NCBI RefSeq assembly: GCF_009914755.1
Contig: NC_060937.1
Length of the DNA: 64,000 nt
Direction: 5' to 3' (one strand)
Source: the human T2T-CHM13v2.0 reference genome, Homo sapiens
Position numbers and translations under genes: made by a program. Under the pieces are notes generated by a model. The model worked only from the letters and a program-made list of their open reading frames with translations, was not told the DNA's origin and searched no databases. Every line of letters starts with the position of its first letter. The stretch's first letter is position 1. This document shows, in pieces, positions 32,725 through 46,734 of this stretch.

Positions 32725-33025
32725 CAGGGCATGGTGGCTCACATCTGTATTATCAGCACTTTGAGAGGTCAAGTCAGGAGGATTGCTTGAGAATAGGACT
32801 TTGAGACCAGTCTCGGCAACATAGCAAGACCCTGTCTCTATAAAAAACTTAAAAATTAGCTGGGGCTTGTGGCAGGTGCCGGAAGTCCCAGTTACTTGTG
32901 AGGCTGAGGCAGGAGAATCCCTTGAGCCCAGTAGCTCAAGGCGACAGTGAGGTATGGTCCTACTGCTGCACTCTAGCCTGGGTGACATAGAGAAACCACG
33001 TCTCTTAAAATATATATATATATAA
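32725..33025 (+). mobile_element. AluJ, diverged, with a (TA)n tail
   Basis: 'ggaggattgcttgag', 'ggcaacatagcaagaccctgtctcta', 'cttgagccca'. Confidence 0.9.
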
Positions 33026-36000
33026 TATACTTTGGACTAAACACACCTGTTTGTGGAGGAAAAAGGAAGTTTGAAGTTTTATGGAGCTCTCAGAGGGAAT
33101 CAAATTTCCAGATAATTGCAAATTGTTCATGTCAATGCCACTGAAGTAACACGTTTTCCTCAGAAATCCTGATTAAACTGGGTGAATTTTCTACCCCAGA
33201 GATTACTTTATCTCCCACCCCCACTGGCACATAACAGCCTCTAGGAGCCTAGGTTCTTTCTGCAGACAACACAAAATAATTGTGTTTCTCACAAGTGTGC
33301 TTGTGAAAAGGGAACCCTTTTTTTTTTTTTTTGGTTGTTTAACTTCTAATTCCTATCAAATTCTATCAGGGCTGGTGGCTGGCCCTAGATATTTGCTAAT
33401 GTCCTGGTTTTGACCTAAGCATTTTTGTATAATTTTATCCCTTAAGCATGGTGTGTTGTGGTTAAGTTAAAAAAAAAAACACTTTGAAACTATTAGAAAG
33501 AAATTACAGAGCTGGAATCTCAAGTACCATCCCAACTGTTACAAGGAGGTAGCTGGCCAGGAAGCCGTAATGCCCCCATTAATAAAGCTATTAATTTTGA
33601 AAAGCTTTGACAGCTATAACATCTTTTTTAAGAAAGCAAAAATACTTTTCCTTTATCTTAAAAATGCCTTCTTCTTTGTATGGAGCAGCTGCCTCAAGCC
33701 CCCTTCCACTGCCTGTTTTAATTTGTCTTTAATATCAGATGTGCCTTATCGATTTCTTCTGTGTATATTTTCATTCTGAATAATTCAGAGGCAAGATTTT
33801 TTTTTCCCATTATGGTCAATAGCAGGGGCAAATTTTGAGGATAATCAATTGAGCCCTGACTGACGATTCCTGCTGTTGGTAACCCCAGAAGTGAAGAAGG
33901 GGGAACAGCAGGGGATAATACGATCCAACAGTCAATCACAGCTATCAGCAAAGGAGCCAATGCGGGTTTGTGTGAGGAATAGAGATCCATACTGCAGGCC
34001 CAAAAGGCTTGCTAATAGTGTGCTCTTTTTACTTTTCAATCAACGGCACTCCAGCTGTGCTGGGGAGAGTTATGGTCCATTCTCATATACATTTTCCTTT
34101 CTACTAATGTTTAAAAGCCATGTTTTAAAGGGGTCATCTTTTGTGTGAATATGTACATCTTCTATGCATCAATTCTTAATGATTTGTTCACATTTTAGCC
34201 AAGCTCTTTTCAAAATAGGGTAGAAAATTTGGAAAGCTTCCAGGAAATCAGTACAGGGAATAAATAATTGTCACTTTTAAATTCAGATAATATGGTTGAA
34301 AATTAATTATCATAGGGCTGACAGAAATAATACAAGTTTGCCTAGTCTCCCCTCACCTGCAGTAGGAACACATTTTCTGTGCCTGTTTTGACACTGGCCC
34401 TTGTCCAAGTCTTTGACACACTCAATTTACTACAAAATTGGCAACCCTCTGTCTCCTAAAGGTATCCAAGTGTAACAATAAATATTGGTCTCCATACACA
34501 CTATGATTAACATAAGTCAGAGTAGACTTAATCAGTGTCAAATTATTTGGCTTCCATAATTTTAGTATTTTATATTTTCATCTCTTTCTTAAGATATTTT
34601 TATAAAATCCTGATTTAACAAGATGTGCTAGAGGCAGCCGGGTTTTTGCATTCTCTTAGGGATGTGGAGATCGGACCCAAGTGAGGAAAAGGGACGCTCA
34701 GGTTAACACAAGCAGTTCAATTTCAATTATGTGGAGTAAATGGTCTTTTTCAGGTCTGATGATTTTTGAAAACTATTTGAAGGTCTGCTGTGATTTACAT
34801 GCAGTTTGCCTTGATCTGCTAAAAGAAGGGCTTTCATATTACTTGACTCAAGTATTTGAATGTAATTATGAAATATCTCCTTGCCATAAACAGATATTCC
34901 TAAGGAAATATTTAACAACCAACCAAACAATCCCTAAAGAATTGTCGGATATAAAATAAAGGCTATAGAATTAATATCTTCTACAAAAGTTACCTGGTTT
35001 TCTTATCTCCAGAGGAGATTCATAAAATTGCAAAAACATCTCTAGTTAATTCCTAAATAGCTTATAGTTAAATAATAGCACAATGTATGCAAAGTAAAAG
35101 AGGAAATTAGAAGTCCTGGTTTAGTTTACCATAGATAACTTATTTATAAATCTCTGTAATTTATTATTAATATCCTTATACAATAATCGCTCATGCATAT
35201 AAACACAGTTAACCTTAAAAAATTTTTTCTGATTCCTCTTTCTTTACAAAAAAGATATTTTGGCTGTAGAACTCATTAGTTTTAAAGGTTTTTGAAGACA
35301 TTTTAAAAGTACGCTACCATTTAGTTTATGGGGGAAAATAGTGATTCTTTGTTCATGACCTTATTTTATTCATCAATAAATTTCATGGAGGAAAAAATTA
35401 CTCTTATTAAAAAGTATGGTTTTCTTGGTATTAATTTTGGAGTTAAGGCTTATATCTCAGAAAAAGTAAATAATACATTATTTGTAAAGTTAGGGTTTAT
35501 TTTGTAAATATCAACAGTGCTTTCATACTACAAATTATAATATCAGTACTCATATGCTCCAATTGTGGTCTTTGACACAGGTCATCTGACTTTTTCTTGT
35601 TCTTGAAGGGTAAAATACAATTTGGAGGTGACAAACTCTTAGAGAATTAAGTGGTGGATTGAGCTGACATGTTGCCTTAAAATGAAGAATAAAACGAACA
35701 AACTGATGTTTTTTTTTTTTTTGGTAAATGGTTGGTAACATACATAGCAGCAAGCATTTGCTAGCATTGATTATTGATTAAATGCTGATCTTTAGCTAAA
35801 ATATGTCATCAATAGAAAACTGGCAAACAGCCTCTTCTAAAGCCACAACTAGAGATATTTAACACTGCCAAAATTAGTAATACAATGCTTTCAGCTGGTT
35901 TTTCCTGGTCAGCTATAAATGTTAACAGGCTGATATTAAAAGTTGATATCAATGTTGATATCAAAAGTATAGATCTGCCTTATGTTAAAATAAAAAGGAA

Positions 36001-36084
36001 AAAGAATTAGTCTCAGTAAGAAGATCTGGGTTCTAGTGCCATGTTAGGAGTGCTACAAACTTGCTGTATAATTTTAATTGGACT

Positions 36085-36285
36085 AATACATAACAACATT
36101 AGTAGGAGTTTTGTTTGAACCAGAGATCACCTCACCTATGAAGTAGGTATCACTATTATTTCCATTTTGCAGATGAGGAATTCAGGGCATATGGAGGTAA
36201 ATAATTTGCCTGAAGTCATACATTTAGTAAGTGGTAGAGTCAAGGGCACCAAAACTCAGATCTCGCCAACTCTTAACTACCATGA
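36085..36285 (-). mobile_element. MIR
   Basis: 'ccattttgcagatgaggaa...aataatttgcctgaagtcatacatttagtaagtgg'. Confidence 0.8.
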
Positions 36286-36420
36286 ACAGGTGTTGTCTCT
36301 ACAAATGTTGAGGGGAAATCAAGTGGTCACGCTATACTTTTAAAATCTCTCATTCCTCCATTTTATATGCATTCTCAAGCAAAGGATTCCCTGATTGATT
36401 GATGGATAGATCGATTGATT

Positions 36421-36466
36421 GATTTTTTCTTTCCTTCCTTCCTTTCCTTTCCTCTCCCTTCCTTTC

Positions 36467-36526
<60 letters not shown>

Positions 36527-36548
36527 TTTCTCTCTTTCTCTCTTTCTT

Positions 36549-36579
<31 letters not shown>

Positions 36580-36665
36580 TTTCTCTCTTTCTTTCTTTCT
36601 TCTTTCTCTCTTTCTTTCTTTCTTACTTCTTTCTCTTTCTCTCTCTTTCTTTCTTTCTTTTTTTC
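36421..36665. repeat. Complex (TTTC)n/(TTCC)n polypyrimidine tract preceded by (GATT)n
   Basis: About 240 bp almost purely C/T; accounts for the spurious F/L/S-rich and K/E/R-rich ORFs. Confidence 0.97.
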
Positions 36666-37149
36666 TGAAAGAGACTTACAGTTTCCCATATGCTTCCTGT
36701 CACTATGGGGAGGGAAAGAGCAGAGATCCTTCTTAAGAAAGTCACTGAAATGAGGAAGGGGCACCATGGCCAGCTCACTGCCCTCCCCTCAAGAATCTTG
36801 GCAAATCAAGAAAGAGGGTCTTGGCAGCAGCTGATGATAATGATCTTACCATAGCTCGAACATCCTACCTCAACCTTGCCAAGGAGATGCAGGACTGTGA
36901 CAAGAAAAAACAGCATATGCAAATAAATAGCTGGAGGACATGCTTTCTTTCCAGCATTGTCCTTGGGTCAAGATAACTCATAGCCCAGGCAGGCTTTAGG
37001 CATTGTGAGAGTCAATAAATGATAATACCCTATATAATGCACTTCTGTTCAAAGCAACTTCATTTCTTCAATAATTAACAGGGAGAGCTCAGGAGACCTA
37101 ATAGCTTGATCTCAGGCAGAATTGTAAGGTCAGGAAATATATATGGTGG

Positions 37150-37290
37150 GACAAGCATAAGTTTGGGTCAAACCTTTTTTCCATATCCATATCTTAGGTA
37201 ATTTATATAAGTTCTTTGAGCTCTGGTTTTCTCACCTAGAAATAAAGTGTAACAAAATCTGTCTCATGGGTACATCATTAAAATGTATAT
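37150..37290 (+). mobile_element. MIR (degraded)
   Basis: 'tctttgagctctggttttctcacctagaaataaag'. Confidence 0.5.
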
Positions 37291-39079
37291 CAACATAGGG
37301 TGGTCATGAGAAATCAGCAAAATAATGGGTATACAGTCCCTGTTACAAAGCAGGAGTTTAATCAGTTATCACATTTTGTATTATCGTGACAGACAGATGT
37401 TTCTGTTACTGTATCATCAAAGGAAGATACCACCTTGAAAATTCACTCCAAAGTTGAACATCCCTTACAGAGCAGGAAGCTAGTACCAAAGATCCTGGAT
37501 TGAGAAATGTCAGGAAAAGGGAAAGATGAGGTCAAGATTCCCATCAGGTGCCTTAATTTTCTATTCATTTGTCCGAGCTAGACCTGGAAGCCCAAGCTCA
37601 GTCTAAACTGCACTAAAGGAGAGCACGGTACCATGGTCATGTGCCCTGGCCCCTGTCTTAAGGGCCCCGTGGACCTATCTCCATATGCCCAATAGGATAC
37701 ATTTGTGTCTGTATATTTCAGTTTATAGTCCTTTAGTAGCCTAGAAATATATTGAAGCATTATGGATAAAATTTCAACAAAGTAAATGACAGATTTTTAT
37801 ATGTGCATTCAAGAAAGAAAAATATGTCTCTCATGCAGGCCATAATTGTAGAACTTATGCTAATGGAAATCATTGTAACGCTTTATTCATGAGGGTCATT
37901 TATAAATGATGTATGAATGTCCATAAATGTCTCTCTTATTTGCTATTAATAGTTAGGAATGCTATTATTTTTACATAAGCCAAGTGTGATTCCTTTCAAG
38001 TGGAAACAACAATAGGTATAATGTGTTGGAATGAGTCTACAAATAAAATAAGCATATTTTTGCCTGGTTATTAACTACAATAAAGTATTTCCACATGGGT
38101 TATTTAAGGTTTTATTTAGATTTCATCTTTAATTTGGGAAAGCCTCAGGGTGCTGTTTTCAATGAAATGTATCAATCATAACACTTGGAACCCAATTATT
38201 ACACTTCAGCTAAATTACTTACTGTGATCTTACCAGTTAAAGTACACTTCAAAACCACAAGTGAGTTGTCATAAAAATATTTTCTTTTTCTCAGACTCTT
38301 TTTTTTATTATTACTAATAATATTCTTTAATCAAATTTGTTTAAGGGCAAGGCACCATCTCATGTTGACATTACCTGGCACAGTGAGGAGAATATAAAAC
38401 CCACAGTTACTGGTCTTTTGGTTTGGCCTTTCCAGAAAAGGATCAAACAGGACAGAGTCAAATCCTAACTTGCCCTCTTCCCTACATAGAGGAAGGATGG
38501 GCTGCGAGTAGAAGTGGATGTTCTTGAAAGATCTGTTGGAAGTTGGCATATCTTATAAAATGCTCCATTGATAGAATGTCATAAAATGGTTTGTTTCTGT
38601 TTAAGAAGAAAAGGTAAATGCTCTCCAGGGTGATTTATCTAAACATGGTTCAGTCAGCATTTTGCACAGAGTCATTCACAGGTAGCATTAGCAGCATTCA
38701 TTCTACTTTTCTAATTTAGTGCACCCAACAAATGTGGAAGTGCAGGCTTGGGAGGGTCAGGGGCTACAGCCAGTCTTTGGAAATTGGCAGATGAGTCTCA
38801 AAGGGAGGGAAGAACCACCTAAATCCTAGCTCAGGATTAAACTGTACCATGCCACACGAGGTGGGAGAGTAGAGAGACAGGAAAGGAGAAAGAGCATGAC
38901 TTCCTCCTTTTTCTACTTGTCCTAGCTTCTTTGACAATTTATTCTGTCCCTCTGTTCAAAAGGCTGGACTTCAGGTGGGTCCAGAGAAGAGGCTTCCCTG
39001 CCCTGCAGATCATCGCCAAGCTGAAATTTCCTTTAACTTAAGCCTTTGATGTCTACTTTTAAATGCACAGTGCTACAAA

Positions 39080-39700
39080 AAACAGACACAGATGTTTATA
39101 GCAGCTTTATTCATAATCGCCAAAACATGTATGCAACCAAACTTCAGTAGCTGAATGAATAAATACATCCAGACAATGGAATATTATTCAGCAATAAAAA
39201 CAAATGAGCTATCAAACTATGAAGACATAGAGGAACTTTAAATGCATATTGCCAAGTGAAAGAAGCCAATCTGAAAAGGCTACACACTGTGCGATTCCAA
39301 CTACATCACATTGTGGAAAAGGTAAAACTGTAGAGATAGTAAGAAGATAGTTATTGCCAAGGGTTAGGAGGGAGAAAGGCATAAATAGGTTGAGCCCAGA
39401 GGATTTTCAGAGCAGCAAAACTTTCTTGTATGATACCGTAATGATAGGTGCATGTCATTATATATTTGTCCAAACTCATAGAATGTACAACACCAAGAGA
39501 GAACCCTAATGGAAACTACGCATTCTGGGTGATGATGATGTGAATGCAGGTTCATCACTTGTAACAACTGGACCGCTCTGGTGAAGGATGTTAATAATGG
39601 GACAATCTGTGCATATCGGGGGAGGAGTATATTAAAAATCTCTATACCTTCCTCTCAATTTTGCTGTGCACCTAAAATTGCTCTTAAATAAATAAAGTCT
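39080..39700 (+). mobile_element. L1MC1-like 3' end
   Basis: 'gtgaaagaagccaatctgaaaaggctac', 'tagaatgtacaacaccaagag'; outer TSD aa(a/c)tgcacagtgc at 39061-39073 and 39873-39885. Confidence 0.88.
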
Positions 39701-39701
39701 A

Positions 39702-39854
39702 AAACAGCTAGAAGAGAAGATTTTGAATGTTCCTTACACAATGAAATGATAAAAATGTGAGGCGATGGATATGTCAATAACCTAGATTAACCATTATACA
39801 TTGTAGGCTTATGTCAAAAAATCACCGGTACCCCATAAATATAAATAAATAAAT
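39702..39854 (+). mobile_element. Short L1MA 3' fragment inserted at the L1MC tail
   Basis: 'gctagaagagaagattttgaatgttcc...gtaccccataaatat'; TSD aataaagtcta at 39691-39701 and 39855-39865. Confidence 0.82.
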
Positions 39855-40479
39855 AATAAAGTCTATTTCAAGAACTGCACAGTGCCTAAGAGGGAAAGCA
39901 TGTTTAGTTTCTTCTGGGCAACACAGGATGGCAAGCAGCACTTTGTGAGAGCTCAGGGGGAGAGTGGACACTGCTGTAGGAGGAAAGATCCCAGGCTCAG
40001 AGGCCAGCAGGTAGAAGACAATCTCAGTCAAATTCATATTTTTGCCCTGGGCCAGATGTGTCTAAAAGCTTCACGCTTTTGCACAGCTCCTCCCCCAGGA
40101 GTAGCAACTGACGGAGGGGTCACGTGCTTATTTCCCCAGTCTCACCCCCTGGGTAAACGTCAGAAGATCTGCTGATGGACCTTTCAATTTCACTTCCTTC
40201 CTTTGCCTCCTGTGGATGATGGTTTGCAGGGAGGGAGGAATTTTAATAACACATGAAACTTTCAATTCCTGTGAATAAAACGGGGAAGTCTTGTCAACTC
40301 TGCTCAGGGCTGTCAGAGCCATGGGGCAGGGCAGACAAGCGAGATTCTGGTTTGAACTTTGTACCTTATTCCTGGATCAAAGCTTCATTTCTCTGGCTAT
40401 ACCTTTGGAGTTTAATTACCATAATACAAGGCCAGGGGAAAGGAAACTGTGCTGCCTACCTGTCATTCTCTACCTTAGG

Positions 40480-40582
40480 GCACTATACACAGTGCCTGGC
40501 ACATGGTGGGTTCACAGAAATATTGACTGAATAAATAGAGGATGGATGGATGGGTGGATAAATGCATAGATGGGTGGATGAA
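40480..40582 (+). mobile_element. L2 tail followed by (TGGA)n
   Basis: 'acagtgcctggcacatggtggg...aaatattgactgaataaat'. Confidence 0.65.
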
Positions 40583-41714
40583 CTCAATGTACCTAAGCAT
40601 TGTTTTATTTAATTCTCACAATCCTATAAGGCAAGTGCTATTGTAGCCACATTTCCTCCCTCCCTTCAAGCCATCATGCACATGAGGCAAAGGATAAGAG
40701 AAAAAAAGATGAGGCAGTGGAAACTAATATGTATGAGTTAATATGCATACCCAGTATTTTTACTTCAAAATCCATTTTTTTGTGAATGTGATGCTTACTG
40801 TACTGCCATTTCTCATACACGTCAGGATATCACCTCAGGAAACTGGAGTACGTAAACCCTAATGGAACAGGCTATGATCCTAGTAGTATTATAAGTTGTG
40901 AAGATAGAAGGTAAGGAAATGGTTTACCTCTCTGATCACCAAGGAGCCATGCAGAACTCCCAGCAATAGAAAGAGCTGAGCATCTTGGCCAGTCCTCCTG
41001 TGTCCTAGCTTTGATGTATGTGGTGTAACTAAGAACAGATTAAAGAAATATGGTACCTGTGTTGTGGATCATATGTTTAACATCTTTGGTTTGTTTTCCT
41101 TGCTCATGATGAAGTCTGTAATAGACTTAACCTCATTTAAATCACTGTGTTTGTGGACAGCACACAATCCTCCCTTACCATAGAAGTTACTCAGATATGT
41201 AGAACTCTAGTATCTTTAGCTGGAGAGGAAACCTGTGGGAGGGAAGGGCTGATGGGGAATTAGAAATAGAATTCCTGAGAAATTGGATAACTTAATCTGG
41301 AGAAAAAAACTGAAAATGCAAACAATGGCACATTGATTCTGTAGAATTAATTGTAAGAAAGATATCATCAAATTTTTTCTCCATTTTTCTGTCAGAATCA
41401 GAGTGTAAAAGTAAACTATAGTGGGAGGAATGCATGTAATTCCATACCTGTACCCCTTTGCCACCTGGAAAACTACTTTTGTGCCAAGTTCCCGAGTTAC
41501 TAGAATGATTTAAATCAAGCTGGTCTCTCCAATCAATATTTTTTCTAAAGGAAGTGTGGGATATAGTGGAAGGAGCTCAGAAGTTCACCTGGATCTGACA
41601 CAGAGAAGAGGAACACTAGCTAGCTGGCAGACTTTAGCAGGATCAGAGCCAATGTTCAAAAAAGAAGGAAATAGAACAGGGAAACAAAGCCCACTGAATT
41701 CTATTGAGCAGAAT

Positions 41715-42025
41715 GACAATAATGGATGTCATGTTATAGACAGAACCCGGCTAAGACCTCTAATTCCATTGCCTCATTTAGTCGTTACAAGAATAATTAT
41801 TGGTAGGTACTATTTTTTATCTCCATCTTAACAATAGTAAAAGAAGTCTCAATCATGTTGAGCCTCATCTTTTTTCTTTCATTCTCAAGAATATAAAATA
41901 AAAAATAAATTTTAAAAAAAAGAAAGCTCCGAAAGGTTAAGCAACTTATTCAAGCTTATACAGTAGGTGGCAAAGCTGTAATCCAAACCCAGACCATTAT
42001 GATTCCAATCTCTAATCTTGGTTAC
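41715..42025 (-). mobile_element. MIR (interrupted)
   Basis: 'ggtaggtactatttttatctccat...aggttaagcaacttattcaag...ccaaacccagacc'. Confidence 0.6.
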
Positions 42026-43662
42026 TAATATATAAACCCAAATAACTAACAAGTCAATCAACCTTATTTTTTCCTGATCTCCATTTATATTGGAAAGATA
42101 AAAGCAAACAATAAGATAACAGAGATCTAACTTTAAAACAAATTAAAACACGTCCACACTGCTCTCAGAGCAGTACAAAGTCAGCTGTATTATTACCTCT
42201 ATTTCCCATTTATTCAGTCAGTCAATTGTTCCACAGAAATTTATTACAAATTTATGTTTAGGCTGAACAAAGATCTGAATAGGCAAGCTTATTATGTCTG
42301 TTATATCTGTTATATTATATGCAATATATGTACTGTATATGCCTATTGTACATTTATTATAAATGGGAAATTTATACAAAATATTTTAAACACAATGGTA
42401 AACAGCCAGAAATACATTTTGAGGAGAGGAGGAGTTCTGCTTTTCTCACAGGTTAAATCAATTAACCACTCTCTTAACATTACAGCTTTTTGAGGTTTTA
42501 CTGTAGTGTTTTTTGTGTACTTATATCATTTGCTAATAACAACTAAGGAAATGTCCAGCTAGTTACCAGGGAAGCTCAACTACCTCTAAGCCTATCATTA
42601 TTAGAATTCAATAATACGCAAATCAATATCAAGATTGAAAAAAGAAAGGAAGGCCCAAAGTGTTCCTTGAAAAGACAGCTTCTCATAGAATGACGGACAA
42701 CCAGGTTTTATTTACTTCGTAGCTAATTTGAAAAATGCTTTTGAGGGTTGGAAGATGTTTGAGGAAATACAACTGGCTACTAGCCAACTACAATACTGCT
42801 TCCCAAAAGGGTCCACCCATCAGACTAGAATAACGGAGCTCCTTCTGAGGAGTCCAGGGAGGAATTACTGGAAATGGCAAAGTATATTAGACCTAATATT
42901 ATCCCACAACATAACATGATGTATTAACACTCTGCCTGAATTCAAGATGTTTATTGATTTCTTAAATCTTAACTAGGTTACATTTGCATTATATAGTACA
43001 AAAGAACCATTTTAAGTTATTTCTGTTCACATCTCAGGCTGAGTATTTTGCCTAAAATATTTCTTCTCTGACTGAATTTATAGAGTGAACTGAGATGATA
43101 CAAGTAACCAAAGTTAATCATAAAATATTTACGTGCATTAAATACTGCATTTATTCATAGTCAGAGGCCAAAATAATGTTTAAATGGGAGCATGTCTGAT
43201 AGTAATATCAAATTGAGATAAATTTGTGAACGATAGTTTGATTGCATGGAATCTAATAACTAAGTTGAGGTCCAGTGTTATGTAAAAGAAACAAGAAAAA
43301 CGTTCGGCCTAAATTTTTTTTAAAAAGTGAGATTGACAATTTAAATAAGTGTGTACTAATTTCCTGCAGCATAGCACTTGCTCAGAGGTCATGTATCCTG
43401 CAAGCCCAACTATCCGGAAAGACAGGACTAGGAAAGACCTCTGCACCATCAAATAAACATCAAAGTTTCATCAAGTTAGGCTGACCTGGGCTCATATTCA
43501 GGCACCACATTGGAGGTTTATTTCACATAAGTCACTTCACTACCTTGAGTATATTTTCAACTGTACCCTAATTTACAGGGCTGCTGTCAGAATTAGTGTT
43601 AATAGAAGTGCCTTCAAAGTGCTGACACATAATAGGCTCTCCACGGAAAGTAATTAGCATAG

Positions 43663-44417
<755 letters not shown>

Positions 44418-44534
44418 TATAGCGATTGCCACCTTCTTCAAAGTAGCGTTGTGTGAGAGAAGGACGTCTAACATTTGAGTGACACTTTGATTGATGCAAA
44501 TTCCTAGACTTTAAGGTTTTTTATGCATTTGGCA

Positions 44535-44640
44535 TTTATACCCACATCTAGTACAGCGGGCCTGGCACATAGTACACTCTCATTAAGTATTTGTTGAACA
44601 TATTAATGAGTGAATACATGAATGAATGAATGAATGAATG
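44535..44640 (+). mobile_element. L2 tail with (GAAT)n
   Basis: 'cctggcacatagtacactctcattaagtatttgttgaac...gaatgaatgaatg'. Confidence 0.8.
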
Positions 44641-44857
44641 TTAATTAGAGGCTCTAGTGCCAGGTATGCTACCACAGACAAATTCACAGAACAATGCCTA
44701 AGTGCTTATTATATGCCAGGCACCATGCAGTAAACACTGTAAAAACCTAATGCAAAAATATAACTCCTTAGGAATTTGAAGGTATTTTGAATAAGGAAAA
44801 ATGGTCCATGTGACCCCGTCATTATCTTTGCAAACATGCTGTGTAATCACTGGTCTA

Positions 44858-45080
44858 GAGAGGCAGTGGTGTGTATGAGAAGGAGCACTAGGCTTAAAGC
44901 CAGAACACTTGCCTGCTTTCTTGTTCTCCCACATAACAGAGGACATTTAGACATGCTAGCCTCAGTTTCCCGTTTTGTAAAAAACAGGAGTATTGATGCC
45001 TATCTCACCTCTGGCATAAAGCCGTGGTGAAGATAAACCAGAAGGTATGTGTGTGAAAATGATCTATAGACTGTTATGTG
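44858..45080 (+). mobile_element. MIR
   Basis: 'gagaggcagtggtg...agcctcagtttcccgttttgtaaaa'. Confidence 0.7.
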
Positions 45081-46734
45081 AATTAAAGGCAACCAGTTCC
45101 TAATGGTAGCCTTGAATCATTAAGTAAATACTAGTTTATATTCTGCACATTATGTTTTAATATGAAAGTAGGCACATAAAAGATTTTTAAAGCATTCTAT
45201 CTAAATAGGTGATCTGCTTAAAAACTTCGGGCCACTTAAAAGTTTTTCTGGAAAGTTCACTTATGTGGAAGGACTCATTCTGGATGATTCTGGATAAATG
45301 TAGTCACTCTTCCTTTTTTTTAAGATGGTATTTCTGATGATAATTATTTGAAAGCTTTTTGCTTTGGGCAGGTTTGACCCTTAGATTCATGATCTTTATA
45401 AGTATTGTAGTAGTATCAATGAACATGTTCCAGTGAAAAATAAAATTTATTTTATTGGATGATAGTGATGCAGGAAAAAAGACATCTGTGCAAACAGCAA
45501 TGTATTTTAAGTTGTCTTAGCGGTTTATTTTTAATATGTTTATATTTCACTTATCAATTCTAAAAGCTGAAAACGAAAAACATAAAACTTTATTCCATAG
45601 ACATACCCACAACACATTTAGTCCTGAATTACACACAACCAATAGAAAGAAAAACAAGAATCAAGAAGGGGTGGGGGGGAAGAAAGAGCAAAATATAGAG
45701 AAATAAACTCAATATGTAGCAAAACCCTGAGGTGTAACAGTAGAATTCAATTTTTTAAAATATTGGCAACCTTTAACTTTGTAATAAATGGTAACAAAAA
45801 CTTTAATGAATGTTTAGATTTCTAATTAAATGTTTACAACACAAATCTTCTCAATATCTCCTTTTCTTTGTTTTCAGTGGAGAGAATACCTAGTTTCATG
45901 TTGTAAATGTATGTAAAGTTCTATTGCATTGTTTTTATAGAAACAATACCTTAATGCTAATGCACTGACAGCATAATCACATGGTCTATTATGAAACCAT
46001 AACAAATAACTTTAAAATCTAAGCTGCCTTTTCACAATTGAGGGCATAAGCAGTTTTTAAATATCTTAGTAATAATATGGATAATTGGATTACTTTTTCC
46101 AGGGTATTTTTGTGAAGTAAACCTGAAACAAAATTGTAACCCATTCACTCTAATTGAGCTGGGAATAATAATTGGTTTTGGTTCTATACTTGTAACCCAT
46201 GTGTCATCATAGACTAAGCTTCTTCATTAATAAAGGGATGCATAAATCCTTGACTTCTAAAATTAATGTGTGAATACAGTCAGATGATTGGATATAATTG
46301 GTGGAGATACCTACATAACAGTAGGTGCATTCAGATTAAGAAAATAAAAAAATGCATTATAAATGCAACGTACCACTAATATAATGTTCCTGAGTTGGCC
46401 CCAAAGCATCACTACATAGACCTGTCTTCAGACCAGGAGGATGACATACCATTTTGTAAGTCTAATAAAACTTGCGCCCAACAAGGAAAAAAAAAAAAAT
46501 CTTATGTATTTTCTAGGTGTCAACAGTCTTCAGACTGTTTTATTCTATGAGAATTTTATTTCCTTTTGGGATAAGCTTTGTTCCTGTCCTTCTCAACATC
46601 AACATATTAGTCAACAATTTCCTATGCCATTATAGATACATTATAAATACTATTGCTACATTAACAATAGCTTATTTTATCATAAGTGTGTTATTTGAGT
46701 ATCTTACCTTATTTCCTGTTTAAATTTTTTCTAA

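Noticed and set aside
36375-36767. 105-130 aa ORFs rich in K/E/R or F/L/S
   Set aside because: Translations of the (TTTC)n tract
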